Positions 39,707-49,320 are shown, counted from the stretch's first letter. The stretch is 64,000 bases of DNA from Candidatus Heimdallarchaeum endolithica (GCA_021513715.1 CP084167.1:2592001-2656000), one strand, 5' to 3'. Program-made: numbers and translations. Notes: generated by a model from the letters alone, not told the origin.

Positions 39707-40058
39707 TTTGTGGAGTTATTAGACCAATAACAACCTGAAACACATTTGCATAAATAAAGAATACAAGATATTGGGGAGTGTAACAACTTTTCCGCTGTCT
39801 TTATATATTTAATTCTCATTTATCTAATGTCTTGAGCTATATGCTTAAAGACGTAGGTTTCATTTCTACGACACCCGGTCTTTCCTTTGGGGGTTATGAG
39901 TGCCCGGGATCAGGAGATGAACCCCTTAGAGAACTTAATTAAGACTGTGTCTTTCATGTTCTCTTAAGCAAGTCTTCACAACATTTGCTATGTTTATTGA
40001 CTGGTTGGGTAGAGTCCTGAAGAAATTAAGTAAAATTTCAACTCATTAGTATCACAAA
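39707..40058. ncRNA. Candidate structured non-coding RNA, family unassigned
   Basis: ORF-free 413-bp gap with a G+C-richer core, several stem-loops, a possible pseudoknot and complementary ends. Confidence 0.45.
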
Positions 40059-40084
40059 TCCTTAAAAAGAAGAAGAAAAGAAAA

Positions 40085-41308
40085 CTAAATTTCTTCACTC
40101 TCTTTTTTTGTATTGTACTCTCTAACTAATTTTGTTAATTCTGGAATGATTTTCAATATGTCTCCAATAACAGATAGGTTAGCGACTTTAAATATTGGTG
40201 CTTCAGGGTCATTGTTTACAGCAACAATAACATCAGAGCTTTTCATACCCACTAGATGTTGTACCGCTCCAGAAATGCCAAAAGCTAAGTAGAGATTAGG
40301 TGAAACAGTTTTTCCTGACTGACCAACTTGTCTAGCATGAGGTAACCATCCAATATCTACTAAAGCTCTTGACCCTGATAATGTTGCTCCCATTGCTTCA
40401 GCTAGCTCTTGAGCGATTTTTATGTTTTCTTTGCTTTCTATTCCTCTACCAACTGAAACAAGTTTATCTGCTTCTTCTATATTTACAACTTCATCCAAAA
40501 CGTGAATTTCTTCAAGTATTTTTGTTCTGATGGAAGAACGTTTAAGTTTCACTTCAAAAATTTCTGTTTTTCCTTCTTTTGTTTTATCTTCTTTAGGTTT
40601 CTTAAATACGTTTGGTCTTACAGTAGACATCTGAGGACGGGTGTATGGAGATAAGATCGAAGCCATGATATTTCCACCAAAAGCTGGTCTTGTTTGAACT
40701 AGTTGGTTCTCTTTATCAATATCTAATCCTGTACAATCCGCTGTTAGACCTAGACCTAGCCTTGCAGCTACTCTAGGGGCAAGATCTCTCCCATTAGGGG
40801 TAGCTCCATAAAGAACGATTGAAGGTTTTTTTGCAGCAATTATACTTGAAATCACTGTAGCATAACCATCAGTAGTATATGCTTCTAATAATTCATGCTC
40901 TGCTAAAATAACTTTGTCTGCTCCATGATGGAACAATGTAGAAACCAGTTGTTCAACATTGTATCCTGCTAAGACAACAGTTAACTCTTCATTTACTCTA
41001 TCTGCAAGTTCTCTCCCTTTTCCTAATAGTTCCAAAACAACATTCTTGATATGCGGAATGTTTTCTCTTTTCTCCCACTCTCCCCATATAAAAACGCCAG
41101 TGTATTGAGATAATTGTTCCTTTGAAACTGTTTTCCTTTCAATAGTAAGTGCTCCATAAGGGCAAGCATTAACACATGTTCCACATAGAGTGCAATTTTC
41201 TAAAACTTTTGCTTTTTTTGTGTCAGTTGGGACAATTATTGCTCCAAAAGGACAAACTTTTTCGCAAATTCCACAGCCAATACATTTTTCCATATCAACG
41301 ATTAACAT
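40085..41308 (-). CDS. etfA: Electron transfer flavoprotein alpha subunit with N-terminal 2x[4Fe-4S] ferredoxin domain
   Basis: CIGCGICEKVCP and CTLCGTCVNACP; 'GLTADCT', 'RPAFGGN', 'QVGQSGKTVSP', 'GISGAVQHLVGM'; start moved to ATG 41308 behind GGAGGAG. Confidence 0.92.
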   Translation of the reverse strand: MLIVDMEKCIGCGICEKVCPFGAIIVPTDTKKAKVLENCTLCGTCVNACPYGALTIERKTVSKEQLSQYTGVFIWGEWEKRENIPHIKNVVLELLGKGRELADRVNEELTVVLAGYNVEQLVSTLFHHGADKVILAEHELLEAYTTDGYATVISSIIAAKKPSIVLYGATPNGRDLAPRVAARLGLGLTADCTGLDIDKENQLVQTRPAFGGNIMASILSPYTRPQMSTVRPNVFKKPKEDKTKEGKTEIFEVKLKRSSIRTKILEEIHVLDEVVNIEEADKLVSVGRGIESKENIKIAQELAEAMGATLSGSRALVDIGWLPHARQVGQSGKTVSPNLYLAFGISGAVQHLVGMKSSDVIVAVNNDPEAPIFKVANLSVIGDILKIIPELTKLVREYNTKKESEEI

Positions 41309-41321
41309 TTTTTCTCCTCCT

Positions 41322-42122
41322 TTAAATAAAATTATTAGCAATAAGAAAGTCAAAGATCTTCTTTGCAGCAAGTTTAGGTTCTTCTCTCCCGTCTATTATT
41401 TCCCCTCCACCTTTTTCTGGAGGTGCAAAAACCTTTGCTACTTGAGTGGGTGAGGCATTTAGTCCTACTTTTGTGTCATCCGCTCCAATATCCTCTGCAG
41501 ATACAATCTCTAAAGTTTTCTTCCTTGCTTCTAGTATTTGTTTCATAGATGGCATACGGCGAATATTTGAACCTTTACTCATGGTAACCAAAGCAGGTAA
41601 TCTTGTAGAAACAATCTGATATCCCTCTTCTGTCTCCCGTTTAACAACTATTTTTTTATCTTCAATTTTTGTATTTACTCCATAAGTTATTTGTGGAATT
41701 CCAAGATGCTCTGCAGTTTCTGGTGGAACTTGCGCAGTGTCACCATCAATTGCTTGTTTTCCTGTAAGAATTAGATCAAAGTCAGGAACAAGTTTTTTCA
41801 CACCTAAAGATAAAGCATTTGATGTAGCCCAAACATCAGAACCAGCAAATTTTCTGTCTGAAAGTAAATAAGCTCTATCAGCTCCCAGCTCTAAACAACG
41901 CATAAGCGCACTTTTTGCTTGTGGTGGCCCCATACTTATTGCTATTACTTCTATTTCCTTTTCTGGATATTCTTCCTTGAGTCTGACAGCTTCATCAAGT
42001 GCGTATTCACAAAAAGGATTAAGAATTGAAGCTACTCCTTCTCGAATTAAAGTTCCTGTTTCAGGATTGACAGCCACCTTATCAGCTTCAGGTACTTGTT
42101 TAACTAATACAATAATTTTCAT
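41322..42122 (-). CDS. etfB: Electron transfer flavoprotein beta subunit
   Basis: 'VKQVP', 'NPFCEYALDEA', 'MGPPQA', 'GKQAIDGDTAQV', 'GLNASPT'. Confidence 0.95.
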   Translation of the reverse strand: MKIIVLVKQVPEADKVAVNPETGTLIREGVASILNPFCEYALDEAVRLKEEYPEKEIEVIAISMGPPQAKSALMRCLELGADRAYLLSDRKFAGSDVWATSNALSLGVKKLVPDFDLILTGKQAIDGDTAQVPPETAEHLGIPQITYGVNTKIEDKKIVVKRETEEGYQIVSTRLPALVTMSKGSNIRRMPSMKQILEARKKTLEIVSAEDIGADDTKVGLNASPTQVAKVFAPPEKGGGEIIDGREEPKLAAKKIFDFLIANNFI

Positions 42123-43762
42123 TATTTTTTCACCTCTATATCAAAAATATTTCCTGGATTTAGAATACAATTGGGATCAATGCTTAACTTTACTTGGCGC
42201 ATTTGATCTACATTTTCTTCGCCATACATTATTAACAAGTATTCATGTTTGATTTTACCTATTCCGTGCTCTGCAGAAACAGAACCACCAAATTCTACAG
42301 CTTTCTTCGCAAATTTTTTGTAAAGAAGTTTTCCTTGTTCTAAATCTTCCATGTTTCTAGGAAGAATGTTAACATGAACATGATTGTCTCCAATGTGCCC
42401 CCAAATTACATACTCTAATCCTGCTTCTTCTATTTTTTTATGATAAAATTGCATTATATCTACTAAATGTTCGTCAGTGACAGACATATCAGTCCCAAGT
42501 TTGTGTATCTCAGGGTAGGTTTTCTTTCGTTCAGCAATTAAGTTGTTGACTATTTCAGGTACTGCATGCCTAAAATGCTTGAATCTAGCTCTTTCTCTTT
42601 CTTCATAACCACACCATGTGTTTTCTAATGAGGAATTACATTGTCTAAGGAAATCACCCACTTCTGAAATAATAGTTTCTATTGTTTCTTCGTCAAATGG
42701 TAAGTCAAAAGATATTGCTGCTTCTACAGTTTTGGATATTGTAGGCATGTCAACAAATTTTGGGTCTTCTTCTTGTTTCTCTCTTAACAAGGTTAAAGCG
42801 TTTTTGTCGAAGAATTCAATAAATTCTGGTTTAAAGGTTGATTTTTTGCGAAGTAAATCAACAAAATGTAAAGCATCGATTTCATTATCAAAAAATGCTA
42901 CATTGGACATGTGTGATTCATATTCCTTTATCCACAACTCAGCTTCAGTAATTATTCCCAAAATTCCTTCTGAACCAATGAATAAATCTATAAGATCCAT
43001 ATCTGGTTTTGCATAAAGTCCTGCAGCATTTTTTGCTTTAGGCATCTCATAACTTGGAATAACTAATTTAATTTCTCCTTCCTTTGTTTTGATGATAAAA
43101 TTCCCATCTTTAGCTCGATATTTTCCTCTCGGGATATCAAGAATTTCTCCTGTTGGTATAACCACTCGAATTCTTTTGACCCATTCTCTTGTAGCTCCAT
43201 ATCTAAAAGAACGTGCACCAGAAGCATTAGCAGCGATAGTTCCACCTATTGCTGCACTAGTTTCTGTTGGATCAATTGGGTAGTAATAAGTGTTTAATTC
43301 TTTAAATTTCTCAACCCAATTCTTTTCTGGAGGTATACTCTGATTTTCTTCGAACTTTTTTAATTTTACAACATCATTTAATTCAGATAAAGTAACATTA
43401 GGTTCAAGGCGTACAAACCAACGTTTTTCCTCTTCATCATATCCAATTCCTTTTACTGAATTTAATTGTTCAAAGGAAATGATAACTCCACCATAAAGAG
43501 GTACAGCTGAACCAACAATCCCTGTTCTAGCAGCAGAAATAGTTACTGGTATTTTTTCTTCATTAAGTTTTTTAATAATTGTAGCAACTTCTTGTTCATT
43601 TTTAGGAAAAAAGATCTTTTCCGCATGTCCTCCGCTTATTTTTGATTCATCAAATAAATAACCAGGATGAGAAATTCGTATCTCTTCCTCTCCTTCAATA
43701 ACCCTAATAGTTTCAAGGGGTATTTCTTCTATTGTTTCAGTGATAATAATATTATCAGTCAT
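42122..43762 (-). CDS. FAD-linked oxidoreductase (GlcD / D-lactate dehydrogenase family)
   Basis: 'AIGGTIAANASG', 'FIGSEGILG', 'GHIGDNHVHVN', 'SAEHGIGKIK', 'DPNCILNPG'. Confidence 0.88.
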   Translation of the reverse strand: MTDNIIITETIEEIPLETIRVIEGEEEIRISHPGYLFDESKISGGHAEKIFFPKNEQEVATIIKKLNEEKIPVTISAARTGIVGSAVPLYGGVIISFEQLNSVKGIGYDEEEKRWFVRLEPNVTLSELNDVVKLKKFEENQSIPPEKNWVEKFKELNTYYYPIDPTETSAAIGGTIAANASGARSFRYGATREWVKRIRVVIPTGEILDIPRGKYRAKDGNFIIKTKEGEIKLVIPSYEMPKAKNAAGLYAKPDMDLIDLFIGSEGILGIITEAELWIKEYESHMSNVAFFDNEIDALHFVDLLRKKSTFKPEFIEFFDKNALTLLREKQEEDPKFVDMPTISKTVEAAISFDLPFDEETIETIISEVGDFLRQCNSSLENTWCGYEERERARFKHFRHAVPEIVNNLIAERKKTYPEIHKLGTDMSVTDEHLVDIMQFYHKKIEEAGLEYVIWGHIGDNHVHVNILPRNMEDLEQGKLLYKKFAKKAVEFGGSVSAEHGIGKIKHEYLLIMYGEENVDQMRQVKLSIDPNCILNPGNIFDIEVKK

Positions 43763-43856
43763 ACAGAACTCTCCTTAATAAGCTTAAATAGGAATGAAAC
43801 ATTTAGTTTAAAAAATTAACTCTTATTTGCGAAAAAAAATATAAGTTCTAATTTTA

Positions 43857-44189
43857 TTGGATGTTATGAGTTACTATAAAGTAGTTACTTTAGTCCCAGA
43901 AGAAATTCTGGAAAATTTGATGAGTGAATTGAATAAAATTGTAAAACCTATATATCCCAATTATGATTACGTTTTTGTGTATTCAAAAGTTGTGAGCACT
44001 TGGAGACCACTATCTGGTTCTAACCCTTTTAAGGGAAAAATAAATCAAATTGAATATTCTTCAGAGATAAAACTAGAAATAAATGTGCATAAAGAAAATA
44101 TTGATGATGTAATTAGTACGATTAAAAAAATTCATTCATATGAATGTCCTGTTATTGAGTATTTCGAAATAAGAATACCAAGTTTCTAG
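43857..44189 (+). CDS. Small PII/CutA-like protein (NIF3 middle-domain-like)
   Basis: 'YKVVTLVP', 'WRPLSGSNPFKG', 'HSYECPVI' (HPYEEP-like). Confidence 0.7.
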   Translation: MDVMSYYKVVTLVPEEILENLMSELNKIVKPIYPNYDYVFVYSKVVSTWRPLSGSNPFKGKINQIEYSSEIKLEINVHKENIDDVISTIKKIHSYECPVIEYFEIRIPSF

Positions 44190-44226
44190 CATTTATTATT
44201 GAGTTAAAAAAAGAATCAAGAAGTGA

Positions 44227-46044
44227 CTATGTTTTTTCAAAAAATGTACTCATTTCAGCAATCCATTCAGCAGATTGATGTTTAAAGTATGTGTTATATA
44301 GTTCAGCATAGAAACCTCCTTTACTAAGCAGAGTTTTGTGGGTTCCTTCTTCTATTATTTTTCCATGGTCTAATACAATAATCCTATCTGCATTTTGAAT
44401 AGTAGTTAATCTGTGAGCAATAACAATAGAAGTTCTGTTCTGTAAAAGCTTATCTAAAGCTTCTTGTATTTTCCACTCAGTATAAGCGTCAACAGCAGCT
44501 GTAGCTTCATCTAAAATGACAATTTTTGGATTAGTTATTAGAGTTCTAGCAAAAGAAATCATTTGCCTTTGTCCTAATGACAAACCCTTTCCTCTTTCTC
44601 CGATTTCACTGCTTAAACCATTTGGAAGTGCATCAATAAATTCTTGTGCTGCAACGATTTCTATTACTTGTTTTACTTCTTCTAGAGTAGCATTTGGATT
44701 ACCAAAACGGATATTATCTAACACCGTACCACTGAAAAGAAAAACATCTTGGCTAACCAAGCCAATATTCTTTCGTAAATGTTTAATGTCATAATCTCTT
44801 ATGTCAACATCATCAATTTTAATTGAGCCTTTACTAATGTCGTAGAAACGCATTAACAATGATGCAATAGTGGTTTTTCCTGCACCCGTATGCCCTACAA
44901 TTGCAATAGTCTCACCAGGCTCAATTTCAAGATTTATGTCTTCAAGGACAGGAGAATTAGGCTCGTATTCGTGGAATACGTGTTCAAAAGTTACTTTTCC
45001 TATTATCTCTTTTTGGACAGGATTCTCTTTATTTACGACTTTTCTCTCATGATCTATAATGCTAAATATTCTCTCCATAGCAGCAAAACCACTTTGAATA
45101 ATTGAAATCTGAGAAGCAACTCTCATTAAAGGATAGAGAAAACGATTTAGTAGTAAAATGAATAATAAAATTGTTGAAGCTGTTCCAAGACCCTCAAATA
45201 TGAGCCAGCTACCAAAAAGTGTTATTCCAAAGACCCCTAAAATACTAATTCCGTCCATAACAGGCCAAATTCCAGTTATTGCAAAAGCTCTTCTCTTTGC
45301 ATATTGAAATGTCTTTTCATTAATAACATTGAATTCTTCCTTAGATTTCTTTTCTCTACCAAAAGCTTTTGCTATAGCAATTCCTGCAACACTTTCTTGA
45401 AAAGCCGCATTTACCTCTCCTATAGCTGCCCTCCAACTCCCACTGGTTTTTCTTATAATCTTTCTGAACAATACTCCTGTTGCTATAACTACTGGGCCCA
45501 TCGCAAGTGTGACCAAAGTGAGTCTCCAATTAACTGTAAACATAATTGCTAAAACTGCAAAAAGGATAACAAAATTAGAAATAAATTGTCCTATGAGACC
45601 AATCATTTGATTTAATTCTTGTGCATCATTGGTTATTCTACTCATAATTTTTCCTGTTGACTGTTTGTCATAAAAAACTAAATCGTGCTCTTGCAAACTA
45701 ACAAAAGTATCCACTTGGATATCTTTTATCACTTTTTGCGTAGTTTGAATTAACAATATCCCATTAAATACTTGGATAAGCCATAGAATGAAAGATAGAA
45801 TAACATAAGTGAGTGCATATGGAAAAACTACAGTCCACTGTTGCTTTGCTTCTAAAACATCAAAAGCTTTTTGCACCATGAGGGGAGGAAGAATATTTAA
45901 TCCTGCTCCTACCAAAATTAAAATAATAATGGCAACTAGTTTAACCTTATGTTTTCTTAAATAACTCCAAAACTTGCTTAGTAGTTCTTTATCCGAGTAA
46001 TCTTTGTCGTAATCTTCTTTATAGTTATACTGCATAATGATCAC
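44227..46044 (-). CDS. ABC exporter, fused TMD-NBD (consensus-site half of a heterodimer)
   Basis: Six-TM domain, 'GHTGAGKT', 'LSLGQRQ', 'LDEATA', 'IAHRL'. Confidence 0.92.
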   Translation of the reverse strand: MIIMQYNYKEDYDKDYSDKELLSKFWSYLRKHKVKLVAIIILILVGAGLNILPPLMVQKAFDVLEAKQQWTVVFPYALTYVILSFILWLIQVFNGILLIQTTQKVIKDIQVDTFVSLQEHDLVFYDKQSTGKIMSRITNDAQELNQMIGLIGQFISNFVILFAVLAIMFTVNWRLTLVTLAMGPVVIATGVLFRKIIRKTSGSWRAAIGEVNAAFQESVAGIAIAKAFGREKKSKEEFNVINEKTFQYAKRRAFAITGIWPVMDGISILGVFGITLFGSWLIFEGLGTASTILLFILLLNRFLYPLMRVASQISIIQSGFAAMERIFSIIDHERKVVNKENPVQKEIIGKVTFEHVFHEYEPNSPVLEDINLEIEPGETIAIVGHTGAGKTTIASLLMRFYDISKGSIKIDDVDIRDYDIKHLRKNIGLVSQDVFLFSGTVLDNIRFGNPNATLEEVKQVIEIVAAQEFIDALPNGLSSEIGERGKGLSLGQRQMISFARTLITNPKIVILDEATAAVDAYTEWKIQEALDKLLQNRTSIVIAHRLTTIQNADRIIVLDHGKIIEEGTHKTLLSKGGFYAELYNTYFKHQSAEWIAEMSTFFEKT

Positions 46045-47487
46045 CTATTCTTTCACTCCTGTTTTCAAAGGAGGAAGTTCAGAAAAACGTTCAAAAAGAC
46101 GCCTATAGTCAATACTTGATTGAATTAATTCAATATGTGTTCCGTGAGCAACAAGCTTTCCTTTTTTTAAAATGATTATTTGATCTGCATTTTTTATAGT
46201 AGCTAAACGATGAGTAATAATGAAAGTTGTTCTCTCCTTTAATACATTAGCAATAGCAATCTGTATCTCTCTTTCTGTTTCAGCATCAATAGCACTACTA
46301 GCATCATCAAAAATTAAGATTTTTGGATTTCCCAATAAAGCACGAGCAATAGCAATTCTTTGTTTTTGCCCTCCAGAAAGCTTAACTCCTCTTTCTCCAA
46401 CAATCGTATCATATCCTTCTTCAAATGACATAATAAAATCATGCGCTTGAGCCAACTTTGCAGCGTGTTCAATTTCTTCTTGACTAGCTTGCGGTTTTCC
46501 ATAAGCAATATTTTCTCTTATTGTCTTGCTAAAAAGAAAAATATCTTGTTCTATAGCACCTATATTTTTCCTTAGACTAGACAAACTCATCTCTCTTAGG
46601 TCAATACCATCGATGGTTATTCTGCCCTCTGTAGGGTCATAGAAACGCATTATTAGTTTAATCAATGTAGATTTTCCAGAACCAGGAGAACCGATAATAG
46701 CTATAGTAGACCCTGCAGGAACATGAAGATCGATACGATCAAGAGTTTTCTCATTAGTATTGTTTCCATTGTAAGAAAAAGAAACATTTTCAAAAACAAT
46801 TTCACCTTTTGTTTCTAACCATTCTATAGGGATAATGGCTTCTGGAACGTATTCTTGTCTAGTTTTCATATTGTAAATTCTTTTTGCTGCAGCCATACCA
46901 ATTTGAAATTGAGTACTGGCCCAACCTAATTGCCATGTGGGAGAGTTCAAAGTCATTGCTAACATTACAAAAGAAACTAGTTGCGAAAGTGATATTCTCC
47001 CTTTTGTTACTTCAAAACTACCCCATAGAAAACTAAAAGCTATAACTAAAATAGTTATTAGAATAGGATAATACTTTGTGCTTAGTATTCCTCTTTGTGT
47101 ATTAATCTCTCGAAGCTTATCTGCTTGTATGTCAAAATAATTAATCTCTTCGTCCTCTTTCACAAAACTTCTGATTATTCTAATACCTGTTACACTCTCT
47201 TGTAAGAATTCATTAAGTCTGCTGTTCTGTTCAACTTGAGCTTTAGAAATTGGTTGTAATTTCTTGTTAAAATCATAAATTGTAATAATATAAAATGGTA
47301 ATGCAAAAACAAGAATTAGAGTAAGTTTTGGGCTGATATAAATCATAAGAGAAACAGAAAATAATATCGTAAAAAAACCTTCAAGTAAAAATTTTAACCC
47401 TGGAGAAATGAAGATATTCATCTGACGGGTGTCGTAAGTGGCACGAGCCATGATATCTCCAATACGGACTCGATCATGAAACTCATG

Positions 47488-47514
47488 ATTTACTTTTTGC
47501 GAAGTTTGTCGAAC
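47488..47514 (+). repeat. Terminal inverted repeat (tnpB 3' side)
   Basis: ATTTACTTTTTGCGAAGTTTGTCGAAC. Confidence 0.9.
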
Positions 47515-47724
47515 TTAGTCTTTCAAGAAAAAAACAAAGAAAGAGAATTGTTAGTTTCTTGAGAACTTAATCCTAACATACAATGAAAGAAGAAGGATTA
47601 AGGCAGACGTCATACACGAATCGGGGGAATCATAAAGAAGAGAAGATGTTCTCTTCACTCCACGAGAGACAAAAAAGAAAGAATAACTAGCCCTAAAATA
47701 GAGAAATTATCTTTCTTTTTGTCT
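47488..47724 (-). ncRNA. Candidate omegaRNA (TnpB guide RNA scaffold)
   Basis: Non-coding stretch between tnpB stop and element end, with four stem-loops (47523-47562, 47566-47602, 47637-47656, 47667-47724). Confidence 0.6.
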
Positions 47725-49180
47725 ACTGGGACTGCAACCAATGGCTGAGTCCTCGGCAAACAGTATAATGCGTAAGACTAAACTTTTGACCAGTAAAGTA
47801 ATCAGTAATAGTTGTAACACGGGGACGAAAAAGATGACTAAGGAACTTACGGGCAATATTTCTAGCCCCTGTTAAATCAGAGTGGTAAGTATAGTTACAA
47901 AAGGGACAGTGTATTAATCCTCTGACGGGACGAGAAACTTCTTTTCCACAACGGGAACAATGAGAAGATGTTCCTCTTTCGTCTATTATAAGAATACGAT
48001 GAGGAGCAAAACCTCTTAATATCAATGCTCGACGGAGAAGAGAAAGAACTAAAGAAAAATTCCACTGGTGAAGTTTTCTGCGAAAATAACGAGTATTTTT
48101 ACCTTTCCCTTTTTCTTTTCCTTTTCTGACATTTTTGGGGTAACCTACGACGACGAAAAGGTCATACATTTGAGCATAGGTCCCTATCGTCCGCACAACG
48201 TCGTTTATAAATTGGTGAATATAGGACTGTTTAACGTTTCTATATCTCCGACGAAGATATCCAAGAAAACGATAAATTTGGTGTTTTTTACCCGACTGGT
48301 CATTTAAAGCCGCTTTCCTCTGAAGACGGGAAAACTTGAGTTTATATCTGTGATTGATTCTATTCCACTGTTTGGTATACCAGAATTTTATCTCTTTGCT
48401 TGTTAACTTCTTTTTGGGAGTTAGTAACACTCCTACAGCAGGAATGTTTATCCCTAGATCTATCCCCAGCACAGCTGGGGGAAGAGAAGAAGAATTATTA
48501 ACTGAATAAGAAAAAGAAGAAGGAGGAAGAACTTCTAATTGAAAATATACCCACCACTCACTTGTAGAACGTTTATATCTCAGTTCTAAACTTTTTATCT
48601 GTCCTTTCTTTAACTCTTTCTGGTGGAAAGTGCTCATCTCTAAAGGTAACCACAATCGTTGATGATACCTTGTTTTTCTTTTCCACGTGTCTAATGAGTC
48701 TCTTATTCCTACCCACCAACGAGAAATAGAGTTATTTTTCTCTTTTGGTAAATTAGTAAGAATAAACCTATTCTTATTGATTAGTTGTCTTCGGGGTCTC
48801 TTTTTTGGAGGACGAGTGGCTTCAGGTCTATATCCTTGCTCGTACAGTTGTACTGCTATATCTCTACACTCTTGAAACTCATCATGAGAACAATATGGAA
48901 ACATCTTTTTAAGGTCATGAGGAACAGTCTCTCTTCGCTCTTCTACTTTTTTTAGCCTTGATGTTGTCAATGTTAGTTCATCTAGTTTTCCTCTATGTAC
49001 TCTTATTTCTCCTTTCTTTGTTTTCATACACAGTCTTCTTCTGTTGTGATGTATAATTTTTACATATTTTTCTATTATCCTTGTGTCTCTCCCTGTTATT
49101 CTCCTTAATCTTTCCTTTTTTCTCCTCGTCAAAACTTCATTTTTTATTTTTACTTTCAAAGTTTTGACTATCTTCTCCAT
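47723..49180 (-). CDS. tnpB: TnpB-family RNA-guided endonuclease with rearranged RuvC site
   Basis: RuvC-I 'VLGIDLGIN'; Gly at the usual RuvC-II position ('VVVGYP'); 'IIDERGTSSHCSRC'; Zn finger CSRC/CPFC; RuvC-III 'HSDLTGARNI'. Confidence 0.92.
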   Translation of the reverse strand: MEKIVKTLKVKIKNEVLTRRKKERLRRITGRDTRIIEKYVKIIHHNRRRLCMKTKKGEIRVHRGKLDELTLTTSRLKKVEERRETVPHDLKKMFPYCSHDEFQECRDIAVQLYEQGYRPEATRPPKKRPRRQLINKNRFILTNLPKEKNNSISRWWVGIRDSLDTWKRKTRYHQRLWLPLEMSTFHQKELKKGQIKSLELRYKRSTSEWWVYFQLEVLPPSSFSYSVNNSSSLPPAVLGIDLGINIPAVGVLLTPKKKLTSKEIKFWYTKQWNRINHRYKLKFSRLQRKAALNDQSGKKHQIYRFLGYLRRRYRNVKQSYIHQFINDVVRTIGTYAQMYDLFVVVGYPKNVRKGKEKGKGKNTRYFRRKLHQWNFSLVLSLLRRALILRGFAPHRILIIDERGTSSHCSRCGKEVSRPVRGLIHCPFCNYTYHSDLTGARNIARKFLSHLFRPRVTTITDYFTGQKFSLTHYTVCRGLSHWLQSQ

Positions 49181-49293
49181 CTTTTTTCCTCTTCTTTTCC
49201 TTTTTTTCTTTTTCTTCTCTTCATTTATTTCTACTATTTTTTCTTATAAAAAGTCTCTTTTTTTTCTTTTTCATCCATACTCTCTATCCTAAT

Positions 49294-49320
49294 GTTCGCA
49301 AAATTACGCAAAAAGTAAAG
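49294..49320 (-). repeat. Terminal inverted repeat (tnpB 5' side)
   Basis: Reverse complement reads CTTTACTTTTTGCGTAATTTTGCGAAC. Confidence 0.9.

Larger units (their letters stand above)
47488..49320 (-). mobile_element. Non-autonomous inverted-repeat-bounded element carrying a TnpB/Fanzor-like nuclease (1833 bp)
   Basis: CATG at 47484-47487 and 49321-49324; 27-bp inverted termini, 22/27 identical; interrupts an ABC gene; no transposase ORF. Confidence 0.92.

Noticed and set aside
39707-40058. Assignment as RNase P RNA, SRP RNA, hammerhead or group I/II intron
   Set aside because: Only partial look-alikes: minus-strand AGGAAAGACCGGG without a matching downstream CR-V, CTGAAGA without the following GAAA, and no SRP helix-8 motif. 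Left unassigned.
41309-41371. N-terminal 21-aa extension of EtfA given in the ORF track
   Set aside because: It overlaps etfB; a GGAGGAG RBS precedes the ATG at 41308, where the ferredoxin domain begins.
47723-49180. Cas12f / type V CRISPR effector
   Set aside because: No repeat-spacer array and no cas1/2/4 in the window; the gene sits inside a mobile element.
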